64,000 nucleotides of DNA from Candidatus Latescibacterota bacterium (GTDB lineage Bacteria > Latescibacterota > UBA2968 > GCA-2709665): positions 2,048,001 through 2,112,000 of the forward strand of contig OZ250150.1 of assembly GCA_965237675.1 (NCBI GenBank), in the 5' to 3' direction. The stretch's first letter is position 1; the number at the start of each line of letters is the position of its first letter. The translations under genes and the position numbers were made by a program. Below, piece after piece: positions 29,199 through 38,379 of the stretch. The notes under the pieces were generated by a model. It was not told the origin of the DNA, made no database searches, and saw only the letters and a list, made by a program, of their open reading frames with translations.

Positions 29199-30595
29199 TA
29201 TCTGTAAATCCCGGGATCGATCCCGAGTTCCCTCACTTTCTGCTGCAGCGCCTGTCGCTTCATGCCAATGGCGGGCGCCGTCCGGCTCATATTGCCGTTG
29301 TGGCGTTCCAGAGCCGACCGGAGAAACGCTGCTTCGAAATCCTGCACGACCTCCTGTTTGGCGTCCTGAAAACAATCGCCATCCCTCCAGCCGGGCGTCG
29401 CGGCCCCGGCGTATTCCGCCCCGCTCGTACGGATTTCCTCCGGAAACAGATCTCTGCTCAGGGTGGATCCGTCCGCCAGAATGATCGCGCGCTCGAGCGC
29501 GTGCATCAGTTCCCGAATGTTTCCCGGCCAGGCGTATGCCACCAGCAGCTTCATCGCGTCAGCCGGCAGTTCCGTTACGGCCTTACCATGCCGGCGATTG
29601 AATCGATCCAGGAAATATTGAACAAGCAGCGGAATATCCTCACGTCGGTCGCGCAACGGCGGAAGGAGAATATCCACCACTCTCAGTCGATAATAGAGGT
29701 CCTCGCGGAACTGCCCTCGCGCAATCTCACTCGGAAGGTCCCGATTGGTCGCGCTGATCGTCCGCACGTCTACAGCCACCGTCTCCGTACCGCCCAGGCG
29801 CTCGAACCGTTGTTCCTGGAGCACCCGCAGCAGTTTTGCCTGGGTCTCCACGTGCATATCGCCGATCTCATCCAGAAAGAGCGTTCCGCCATCCGCAAGC
29901 TCAAACTTGCCCTGCCGCCTCGCCGCGGCTCCCGTAAAAGCGCCTTTCTCATGCCCGAACAGCTCGCTTTCGATCAGCTCCGTGGGGAGCGCCGCGGCAT
30001 TCACGGCGATAAACGGCCGCTCCTTCCTCCCGCTTTGTTCGTGAATCGCACGGGCCACGAGTTCCTTGCCGGTTCCGCTTTCCCCGTGAACCAGCACGGC
30101 AGCATCCGTTCCGGCCACCTTGCCGATCATGTCATACACCCCGTCCATCGCCCGGCTCCGGCCGATCATCAGTCCGAACCCCGACTGTCGCCGAATCTCG
30201 TTGCGCAGCGTTTCGTTCTCCCTGCGCAGTCTCACGGTCTCCAACGCGTTTTGTACGAGACAGCGAAGTTCGTCCACGTCGTAGGGCTTGCTCACGTAGT
30301 CGTACGCGCCCGCCTTCATTGCCTCCACGGCAATCCGCTCCGATCCGTAGGCTGTCATGACAATGACCGGCGGCGCGCTTCCCTGATCGCCAAGGCGCTT
30401 GACCAGCGTCAACCCATCCATTTTCGGCATCTGGATGTCACAGATCAACAGATCGGGACGGCTGCGTGCAATTTCCTCGAGTGCCGCCGCCCCATCTCCC
30501 GCTTCGACGATCTCGAAGGACAGTGCCGCCAGGGCCCGCTTCAGGCCGTGCCGAGCGGCAGGGTCGTCGTCTACAACCAGAATCTTATGCCGCAT
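29198..30595 (-). CDS. NtrC-family sigma-54 response regulator
   Basis: ILVVDDD, CDIQMP, GESGTGKE, GAFTGA, FLDEIG, WPGNIRELMH, HTH. Confidence 0.96.
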   Translation of the reverse strand: MRHKILVVDDDPAARHGLKRALAALSFEIVEAGDGAAALEEIARSRPDLLICDIQMPKMDGLTLVKRLGDQGSAPPVIVMTAYGSERIAVEAMKAGAYDYVSKPYDVDELRCLVQNALETVRLRRENETLRNEIRRQSGFGLMIGRSRAMDGVYDMIGKVAGTDAAVLVHGESGTGKELVARAIHEQSGRKERPFIAVNAAALPTELIESELFGHEKGAFTGAAARRQGKFELADGGTLFLDEIGDMHVETQAKLLRVLQEQRFERLGGTETVAVDVRTISATNRDLPSEIARGQFREDLYYRLRVVDILLPPLRDRREDIPLLVQYFLDRFNRRHGKAVTELPADAMKLLVAYAWPGNIRELMHALERAIILADGSTLSRDLFPEEIRTSGAEYAGAATPGWRDGDCFQDAKQEVVQDFEAAFLRSALERHNGNMSRTAPAIGMKRQALQQKVRELGIDPGIYR

Positions 30596-32708
30596 CGTCT
30601 CCTCCGGGAAGTTGAACTTCGAACACAGCTCCATCCGGGTTCTCGTTTGCGACCGCGATCGATCCGCCCATTCGTTCCACGTCCCGCTTCACGATGGCAA
30701 GCCCCAACCCGGTCCCAGAAGATTTTGTGGTAAAGAACGGTTCGAAAACGTGGGAGAGGGCCTCATCTTGAATTCCCGGCCCGGTATCCGACACCCGCAC
30801 CGCCACCCGCCCATCCGAATGTCCCGCCCGCACGGTCAGACGCCGTTCCGTCCCGTCATCCGCCTCTTCCATTGCCTGAATGCCGTTTAGTATCAGGTTG
30901 AAAAACACCTCCTTCAGATCCTCGGGATCTCCCCTGACCACAAGGCCCTCTCCAACCTCGGATCGGATCTCCACGTTCCTTCGCTCCGCCTCATGCGACA
31001 GGATCAACACCACGTCTCCAAGCACGGCCTTCAGGTCCACCGGATGGAATGCGTCGCCCTGTTTGGGCTGGGCAAACCTGAGCAGCCGGTCCACCACGCG
31101 GCCCAACCGGTCGATTTCATTCAACACAACGGTCAGATCTCCGGACTTGGTTGCGTCGTTCGCGAGGTCTTCACGTAGCACGGTGGTAATCGCCTTGATC
31201 GAACTGAGCGGATTCTTCACCTCGTGCGCGATGCTCGCCGAAAGCAGCCCCAGCGCCGACAGCCGCTCCGCCTCGTACATACGTCGTTCCAGGTGCAGTC
31301 GACGTTCCACCAGACGGGTATTCTCCACGGCCAGCGCAATCTGATTACAGAGCGTGCCGAGCAGGTCCCACTCCTCCGACGAAAAAGGCACGCCGCGTTT
31401 TTTCTCTCCCAGGCACAGGAATCCGGCGGGCTTATCCTCCTGCATCACGGGTATGCACAGCCGGACCCCCTGCTCGGTGAGGACCGCGGCGAGGGCCGGA
31501 CGATGCAACTCGCCCACGTCCAGCGGCCGTCGGTTGAACGACATCCATACCGCCACTTGCTCTACCTGCCCCAATTCGTGGTTCCTTCGACTGAACGGTG
31601 CCTCGGGAGGATCGAAGCCCGCCAGACCGCCGCCTGAAACCACACGCACGTCACTGACCCGTCCCTCCTCGTACTCGAACAACACCAGCGAAACAAGATG
31701 CACTTTCAACACGGTTCCCACGGCGTCCACAACCACCTTCAACCGCCTTTCGAGCGCGTCCGGCACGTTCAACGTCTGGCTAAGCGTGCCCAGCAGGTGC
31801 TGATATTCGTATCGCGCTTTAAAAAACAGCCGGTTGATCGCCCTCTGCAACCGATTCTTGACCGGCTGAAAGAGGAAGATCAACAGGGAAATCAGTACCG
31901 CCTCAACGACTTCCACCCGGAACCCGCCGCCCAGGCGTCCGAATTCCTCCGCAACGCGACGGATCACAAGCAGGTAAACGGTCAGGACGATGCCCGTCAG
32001 CGCGGAATAGAGCAAAGCCGGATTTACCACGATCCGGAAGAAGCTGTACCGATAGATGTAATAGCCCAGAATATACGCCGGCAGGATCGGGGAAAGGAAC
32101 AGCGCCAGGTCCAGCCCCGGGCCAACGATGCCGAGTCTGATTCCCCCGATCGGATATGCGAAACCGGCCAGGGCGGATATGGCGACGAGAGCCAGGGCCG
32201 TCAGCCGGTAGAACGACCTCTGTACCTCGGTGACCAATTGCCTTGCAAACCCCCGGCACAGCCAGGCCGAATACAACAGCGCCACAATGGTGTACAGGCT
32301 GAACCCCACGCGTTTCAGCGGGGTCTCCCACATACCGATAAGAAATACGATCAACCCGGGGACAAGAGCGAATGGGACGAGGTTCCGGCGCAACCCGGCC
32401 GGGACCCGCGTCTTAAGTTCATTCGCGGAAACCAGCACCGTTGCCAGCAGCGCCGACGGCAAAAAGCACAACCCGAAACGCGCGACATGGGCGGCATAGC
32501 CTGCCGCGGGTGCGCCTGGCGTCGCCTGTTCAATCAGAAGCTTCAGCGCGTCGCCCGTATACCACAAAGCCCCCGCCGAGATCAACACCAGCAACGGAAC
32601 CGGCGTCCCCTTGCGCTTCATGGCGGACACAAAAATGCCCCAGAGCAGCCCCGCGGCGACCGCCGCCCCGACCAGCCAGATCGTGTCATATAGCGAAAGA
32701 TGAATCAT
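30585..32708 (-). CDS. membrane sensor histidine kinase (multi-TM, GAF, HisKA, HATPase; PrsK-like architecture)
   Basis: ~9 TM segments, GAF (LCLGEKKRGVPFSSEE), AHEVKNPL, DTGPGI, GTGLGL. Confidence 0.93.
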   Translation of the reverse strand: MIHLSLYDTIWLVGAAVAAGLLWGIFVSAMKRKGTPVPLLVLISAGALWYTGDALKLLIEQATPGAPAAGYAAHVARFGLCFLPSALLATVLVSANELKTRVPAGLRRNLVPFALVPGLIVFLIGMWETPLKRVGFSLYTIVALLYSAWLCRGFARQLVTEVQRSFYRLTALALVAISALAGFAYPIGGIRLGIVGPGLDLALFLSPILPAYILGYYIYRYSFFRIVVNPALLYSALTGIVLTVYLLVIRRVAEEFGRLGGGFRVEVVEAVLISLLIFLFQPVKNRLQRAINRLFFKARYEYQHLLGTLSQTLNVPDALERRLKVVVDAVGTVLKVHLVSLVLFEYEEGRVSDVRVVSGGGLAGFDPPEAPFSRRNHELGQVEQVAVWMSFNRRPLDVGELHRPALAAVLTEQGVRLCIPVMQEDKPAGFLCLGEKKRGVPFSSEEWDLLGTLCNQIALAVENTRLVERRLHLERRMYEAERLSALGLLSASIAHEVKNPLSSIKAITTVLREDLANDATKSGDLTVVLNEIDRLGRVVDRLLRFAQPKQGDAFHPVDLKAVLGDVVLILSHEAERRNVEIRSEVGEGLVVRGDPEDLKEVFFNLILNGIQAMEEADDGTERRLTVRAGHSDGRVAVRVSDTGPGIQDEALSHVFEPFFTTKSSGTGLGLAIVKRDVERMGGSIAVANENPDGAVFEVQLPGGDDAA

Positions 32709-32782
32709 TTCGGATTTACCTGTAACCTGCCGGAGGAAGGGGAAAACCAAGATAATGTGAATGTTGGGTTGCGCTTTGGGCG

Positions 32783-32861
32783 CGCGAACTAACAGTTCGC
32801 GTTACGATCGTACACCGGGTTCAAGTTATGCAACGTGGGCAACCACAAGGGTTGCCCCTAC
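32783..32861. repeat. REP-like palindromes
   Basis: CGCGAACTAACAGTTCGCG-TTAC and GGGCAACCACAAGGGTTGCCC-CTAC. Confidence 0.7.
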
Positions 32862-33041
32862 ATAAACATAGTACCAGGCGATGACGTCGATCGATTGGCT
32901 CTTTGCTGTTCACTGATCTTCCAATATGAAAATTAGCGAAAACAGGACGGGATTTCAACTCAAACTGCGGGTAGACCCCGCGAGTGGTTCACCCGGCCAC
33001 CCTCGCCGAAGGGGGCGTCGGGCTGGGGGGTGCACTGTAGA

Positions 33042-33501
33042 TCAACTCCCGGTGGAACAATACTGGCGGACCCCTAGATTCCAGACGCGAAGGGCGATGA
33101 GCAGGAATACCACGCCCGCCGCGGGCGACAGCCACTGGATCAAGATTGTGGATCCGAGGGGGTCCGTTCGCCCCATAATGGCCCCCACTGCGAGTGCGAC
33201 TGTGGGGGCAGACCAGGCGACCTCCAGCGCGTACTGCGCCCAGAGCAGAACGGCGAGGGCCTGGAGGAACCGGCCGATTCGCAGGAGGTGGAGTTCTTGG
33301 CCCATCAGCTGCAGCGCGGTGCTGCGGGGGCGCAGCAGGAGGCGGTCGAAATCCCCGGACCTGACGATGGTTCCGAAGCTGTCGAAGCCCCGGGCAATGG
33401 TGTTGGCGACGAGCCATGCCCTGGATTTCGCCCCACAAGCCGGGCCGCCGTTCGGCGATGCGGAAGGATATTATCAGATTTTCAACGATGATGTGGGACA
33501 T
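33042..33501 (-). pseudogene. collapsed ABC exporter operon relic (ATPase N-terminus joined to ABC-2 permease pieces)
   Basis: MSHIIVENLIISFRIAERRPGLWG, then in another frame RGFDSFGTIVRSGDFDRLLLRPRS...RIGR...WNLGVRQYCSTGS. Confidence 0.7.
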
Positions 33502-33790
33502 TTTCAGTCTCCTTTGCAGGGGTTGTGTATCGATCTGCGGGGCGGGCGCCGATACCACCGAATCGCCGAACGGACGGCCAAGGCGCAGTCCGCATCGTGG
33601 ATAGCGTCTAAACGCCACGCAGAAAAACACTTGCGCGCCTGACGAACGCCAATTATAATGGTTATGAGTCGGATCCTCGCAGACATGTCGAATGGGCCAA
33701 CAGGAATCCGTGCCGTTCTGAAAATCGCCTTGGCCGGCATTTGGAAGAGAAGTGAAAGACGTGGCAGGCCCTTCGGTAAAGGAATGGACG

Positions 33791-34798
33791 ATGAACCACC
33801 ACGCGTACATAACCGTTTCCAGCGACGACAGGATTCTGAAATACCGGATGGATCCGGATACGGGCAATCTCGTGTTCGAAAGCAGCATCGACGCTATCGG
33901 CGCACCGGGCCCGCTTGCCGTCGACCCCCAACAAAGATATCTTTATCTGAGCAGGCGCGGCGCGCGTGAAATCTCGACGTATTCCCTCGATTCCAGCACA
34001 GGCGGTCTGTCCTTCGTCGGCGCTGTATCCGTGGAGGCCGACGCGTGTTATCTGAGCATGGACCGAACCGGACGCTTTCTGCTATCGGCCTCGTACGGCG
34101 GCGGGCTGGCAACCGTACACGCCGTCGCAGAAGACGGAATGCCGGGCGATTCTCCCATCCAGACGGTGAAGACCCTGCCCAAAGCCCACTGTATTCTCAC
34201 CGACCCGTCGAATCGTCTGGTCCTTTTGCCTCATGTCGGAGAATCCAACACCATTATTGGATTTCGTTTCGACGAAAACACGGGCACGCTCCGGGAGGTT
34301 TCCCGCACGTCGCACGAACCCGATGTGGGTCCACGCCACCTTGTATTTCACCCAAGCCTGGAAAAGGTCTACGTGTCGAACGAACAGGGCAGCAGCGTAT
34401 CGGCCCTTGCTTACGACACCTCGTCTGGCGTCCTGAGACACGTGCAGACCCTGTCCACCCTGCCTGAGTGTTTCCGCGGTGAAAACACCTGCGCCCAGAT
34501 TCACATGCACCCCTCGGGACGGTTTCTCTATGTTTCCAACAGGGGCCACGACAGCATCGCTTGTTTTGCGGTTGACCAGGTCGGCCACCTCACGGACACC
34601 GGCAATCAACCCACGGAACCCGTTCCCAGGGCTTTCGGGATCGATCCCACGGGCAGCTTTCTATACGCCGGCGGTCAGGCGTCCGGCAAGCTGGCATCAT
34701 ACCGGATTGACGTCCAGACAGGACGCCTGCATCCACTAAAGGCCTATGTCGTCGGCGAACAATCCATGTGGGTGCTGATTCTGGCGCTTCAGCAATGA
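33791..34798 (+). CDS. 6-phosphogluconolactonase-like beta-propeller lactonase
   Basis: SASYGGG, AHCILTDP, GPRHLVFHP, FLYVSNRGHDSI, PRAFGIDP. Confidence 0.92.
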   Translation: MNHHAYITVSSDDRILKYRMDPDTGNLVFESSIDAIGAPGPLAVDPQQRYLYLSRRGAREISTYSLDSSTGGLSFVGAVSVEADACYLSMDRTGRFLLSASYGGGLATVHAVAEDGMPGDSPIQTVKTLPKAHCILTDPSNRLVLLPHVGESNTIIGFRFDENTGTLREVSRTSHEPDVGPRHLVFHPSLEKVYVSNEQGSSVSALAYDTSSGVLRHVQTLSTLPECFRGENTCAQIHMHPSGRFLYVSNRGHDSIACFAVDQVGHLTDTGNQPTEPVPRAFGIDPTGSFLYAGGQASGKLASYRIDVQTGRLHPLKAYVVGEQSMWVLILALQQ

Positions 34799-34985
34799 TA
34801 AACGACGCCAGCGGCAATTCGTCTTCCAGGTACGTGTGGACGGTCTCCGTTCCAAGAGATCTGTGCAGAGACATTTTAAAAACGGAGGATACGACCCGCG
34901 GCACACTGAGAACCGCCGTCCGGTTCGTTAATTCGAGAAACAGGTCTAAATGCCTTATTTCCCATCAATAACCTCATTTAATGTA

Positions 34986-35014
34986 TTGACAAACTCCATC
35001 TTGTGCCGTAATAT
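34986..35014 (+). promoter_or_regulatory. sigma-70 promoter for the SPOR...rodA operon
   Basis: TTGACA-17 nt-TAATAT. Confidence 0.6.
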
Positions 35015-35044
35015 ATGGTATAGTTCAATATTCAAGACAACAAG

Positions 35045-35827
35045 ATGTTGGGACGGCTGACCGTGTTTCGTTCAATCTCACAAACATACCCATGTCTTTT
35101 CTGGGGAGGGCTGCTGGTGTCGCTGGTGGCATGCGCGAGCCCCAGCCGTAGAATTGCCCCCCCTGTAACAACCGCCGAAGAGGAATTCGATCCGCAAAGC
35201 CTCAACGACGACGACTTCGCGCTGAAACCGACGGCAGAGGCAGAAACAGCCCCGCTCGATCAGACTCCCGCGGCAGCGCCTTCCGTCCTTCATACCGACG
35301 GATTTCGCGTGCAGATCGCGGTGGTATCGAGTCTTGACCGGGCAGAGACCCTTAAGAACGAAGCAGGAATGAAATTCGACGTTCCGGTTCATATCTACCG
35401 CGACCCGGACACAGGCCTGCATAAAATCCAGGTGGGAAACTGCCGGTCAGCCGCGGAGGTCGAATCCCTGCGTCACGAGGCGAAGAGCCTGGGGTACCCC
35501 GAAGCCTTCATTGTACGCGCCAAAATCGAAATCCCCCGCGGCGCGGTTCACGAACCGGATGCAATCGTCGGTTTCCGCGTGCAGATCTTTGCAGCATCGA
35601 ATCGGGCGGCCGCTGAAAGCGAGTTGGCCAACGTCCGGGATACCCTCGGCCAGGACGACGTTTACATAGAATCCGAGCCGCCGTACTTCAAGGTCCGAAT
35701 CGGCAACTTCCGAACGCGGGAAGCCGCTGAAGGGCTCATAGAAAGGCTTAAGTCATACGGTTACGATACTCCCTTTGTGGTCCGGACACGCATCGATACA
35801 TCCACGGAACAAACAACCGGCAACTGA
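35045..35827 (+). CDS. lipoprotein with two SPOR domains
   Basis: LVAC lipobox. GFRVQI...KIQVGN and GFRVQIFA...FKVRIGNF. Confidence 0.9.
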   Translation: MLGRLTVFRSISQTYPCLFWGGLLVSLVACASPSRRIAPPVTTAEEEFDPQSLNDDDFALKPTAEAETAPLDQTPAAAPSVLHTDGFRVQIAVVSSLDRAETLKNEAGMKFDVPVHIYRDPDTGLHKIQVGNCRSAAEVESLRHEAKSLGYPEAFIVRAKIEIPRGAVHEPDAIVGFRVQIFAASNRAAAESELANVRDTLGQDDVYIESEPPYFKVRIGNFRTREAAEGLIERLKSYGYDTPFVVRTRIDTSTEQTTGN

Positions 35828-35967
35828 ACGCATACAGGGTTAACAGCGAGCGGTCACATCGCCTTGACCGCCGCAATCATAGGCCTGCTTTGCGCGCTCG
35901 GTCCGGCACACGTTCATCAATATTTCCGATGGCCGGATTTCTGGATCGTCTTTTTGATAGTGCCCGG

Positions 35968-37824
35968 ATGAGAGTTTCCCCGTTGTCCCTGCGCGTCGCG
36001 TTTTACAGCCTTCTCCTGCTGTTTCTGCTCCAGGGATGTTCGACCACGAAACAGGTCGCGACATTTCCGGATGTGGAAGCGCCGACCCTTTCCAGGGAGA
36101 CGTCGGAGGCTACCGAGGATTCCACGGCGGGCAAGTCGGACCACACGCCGCCGGACGATCAGGTCCTACGGAACATAGAGGAACTAAAGACGGCCCGCTT
36201 CGACAACGGGGCGTTATCCGTGGATCGCGTTTGCATTTTGCTCACGGATTCCACCGTAACCAACTCCCTGCCGCCGGGGCGTCACCTCGAATTGCTTCGC
36301 ACGACCCTCAAGCGCTATCGGGAAATGCTTCCGCCATCCGCGCTCGTACGGCCAAACACCGTTCTGGCCCGGCTGCTCGACGCCATTCCCGATAGTCTCC
36401 TTTCACGCTTGCGCGACGACGTTCATTACAGGGAACTCTATGTCCGCAAACTGGCAGGTTCCGCCGATGTTCCGGTCGACTACAATTCCAAGGTCATCAA
36501 GACAATCCGTTATTTCCAGACCACTGCCCGGAAAGTATTCAGAGTCTGGCTGTCCCGTTCGCCTCTTTATGTCCCAATGATCCGCACGGCGCTTCGCGAA
36601 GCGGGTCTGCCGGAGGATCTGGTTTACAAGGCCATGATCGAAAGCGGCTTCAATCCGAGAGCCTATTCGCGGGCAAGGGCCGCCGGAATCTGGCAGTTCG
36701 TGAGAGGCACGGCGCTGCTTTACGGTCTTAAAAACAGCAGTTGGATCGATGAACGCCGTGACCCCGAAAAATCGACACGTGCGGCAATCCAGCATATCCG
36801 CCACCTGTACGGGTTGTTCCGCGACTGGCGTCTCGTAATTGCCGCGTATAACTGTGGGCAGGGTCGTCTCCAACGCATTATCAAGCGTTCAGGTACAAAC
36901 GATTTCTGGAAGCTCAGGGGTCTGCCCAGGGAAACCCGTCGACATGTGCCGCGATTTATGGCGGCCCTGATAATCTCCAAGGATCCGGAGTGGTTCGGTT
37001 TTCGTGACGTGGTCTATCAAGTGCCGAAAAAATTCGACGTTGTGCAAATATCGGAATGCGTCGACCTTCGGGTGGCCGCCGAATGCGCGGGCACGACCTA
37101 CGAACGCATGCGAAGCCTCAATCCCGAACTTCGCCTGGGTTACACCCCGCCGCACGTGCGCGGGCCCTATTCCTTGAGAATTCCGGCCGGTACTGCCGAT
37201 AGGTTCAAAGTCAACTATGCCCGAGTTCCCGCCGAGAGGAAAGGCCGGATGGTTGAATATCTGGTGCGCCCCGGCGATACGCCTTCCGGCATTGCAAGGC
37301 AGATTGGTGTTTCCACCCGCGTCGTTCTCGAGGCGAACAACATATTGAATCCCAGGCGGGTACGCGCCGGCAGACGGCTGAAAATCCCGATCCGTCCGAA
37401 TGCCAAACCCGAACGGGCCGGAAGAACGGCAACGCGCGTTGCGGTGGCGCCCGATCCGGACACGAACCGGAAAATCACGTACCGGGTAAGAAAAGGGGAC
37501 ACCCTGTGGGGAATCGGACGCCGGCATGGAGTCACGCCGAATCAGATCCGAGTGTGGAACAAGCTCAAGAAGCATATAACGCCCGGCGACCAACTGATGA
37601 TCTGGAAGCCGCAGTCTCCCCAGGTTGCCCTGGCTGATCGTTCTGACCTGCGTCGCGGTGACTTCTATGTCGTGCGGCAGGGGGATACACTCTGGGACAT
37701 TGCCCGCAGTTTTCGCATCCGTGTCAACGACCTCAAGAAATGGAACCGAATCCGGAGACCGGGCCGCCTGCGGGTGGGCGCCAGGCTTCTGATACGCCCA
37801 TCCGGTTTTCAGGTGGCCGACTGA
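35968..37824 (+). CDS. mltD: membrane-bound lytic murein transglycosylase D with three LysM domains
   Basis: LQGC lipobox, AMIESGFNP, AAGIWQF, AAYNCG, three YxVRxGDT LysM motifs. Start uncertain. Confidence 0.9.
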   Translation: MRVSPLSLRVAFYSLLLLFLLQGCSTTKQVATFPDVEAPTLSRETSEATEDSTAGKSDHTPPDDQVLRNIEELKTARFDNGALSVDRVCILLTDSTVTNSLPPGRHLELLRTTLKRYREMLPPSALVRPNTVLARLLDAIPDSLLSRLRDDVHYRELYVRKLAGSADVPVDYNSKVIKTIRYFQTTARKVFRVWLSRSPLYVPMIRTALREAGLPEDLVYKAMIESGFNPRAYSRARAAGIWQFVRGTALLYGLKNSSWIDERRDPEKSTRAAIQHIRHLYGLFRDWRLVIAAYNCGQGRLQRIIKRSGTNDFWKLRGLPRETRRHVPRFMAALIISKDPEWFGFRDVVYQVPKKFDVVQISECVDLRVAAECAGTTYERMRSLNPELRLGYTPPHVRGPYSLRIPAGTADRFKVNYARVPAERKGRMVEYLVRPGDTPSGIARQIGVSTRVVLEANNILNPRRVRAGRRLKIPIRPNAKPERAGRTATRVAVAPDPDTNRKITYRVRKGDTLWGIGRRHGVTPNQIRVWNKLKKHITPGDQLMIWKPQSPQVALADRSDLRRGDFYVVRQGDTLWDIARSFRIRVNDLKKWNRIRRPGRLRVGARLLIRPSGFQVAD

Positions 37825-37869
37825 GTCAACACGCAAGAATAGGGGGAGCATGCGCCCCAACTGTCGCTC

Positions 37870-38379
37870 ATGAAGATCGTTCGAGACCTTCTGCTCATTG
37901 CCCTAGCGCTGCTTGTTCAGACCTCCTGGGCACATGCGGTCCGAATTCTGGGTATTGGCCCCGACATTGTCATCATTGTTCTGGTTTACCTGGGGATACG
38001 CGGCGGGCGGATTGAAGGCACCCTGTACGGATTCGTATCCGGCTTCTTGCTGGATGTCTACAACCCCGAGACGATGGGTGTCAACGCGCTTGCAAACAGC
38101 GTGGTTGGTTTCTGTGTGGGGCATTTCCGGGCGCGCGTCAGTGCCGAAGATTTCCGCGTGCAGGCGCCTTTGCTGTCCCTTGCGGTCCTGATGCACGATC
38201 TGATCTATTTCTTATTCGCTAACGTTCTCTCGAATCCGGACGCGATTTTCGGGTTGATCGTCCGGTTTGGGTTCGGAACGGCATTTTATACCGCAGTCGT
38301 TGGAGTCGGAATTTCGTTGGTATTGTCCATTCGCTTCAACAAGGGAATTTACCTGGATGCGCGACGACTTTATGGATAA
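37870..38379 (+). CDS. mreD: rod shape-determining protein MreD
   Basis: PDIVII, YGFVSGFLLD, GVNALA. Directly upstream of PBP2. Confidence 0.9.
   Translation: MKIVRDLLLIALALLVQTSWAHAVRILGIGPDIVIIVLVYLGIRGGRIEGTLYGFVSGFLLDVYNPETMGVNALANSVVGFCVGHFRARVSAEDFRVQAPLLSLAVLMHDLIYFLFANVLSNPDAIFGLIVRFGFGTAFYTAVVGVGISLVLSIRFNKGIYLDARRLYG

Noticed and set aside
29300-30733. 477-aa plus-strand ORF and similar long antisense ORFs (e.g. 52475-54256, 31698-32693)
   Set aside because: Shadow frames of well-supported genes in GC-rich DNA, with no motifs.
32989-33888. 299-aa minus-strand ORF as a real gene
   Set aside because: Overlaps the lactonase antisense and runs through out-of-frame ABC relic sequence.
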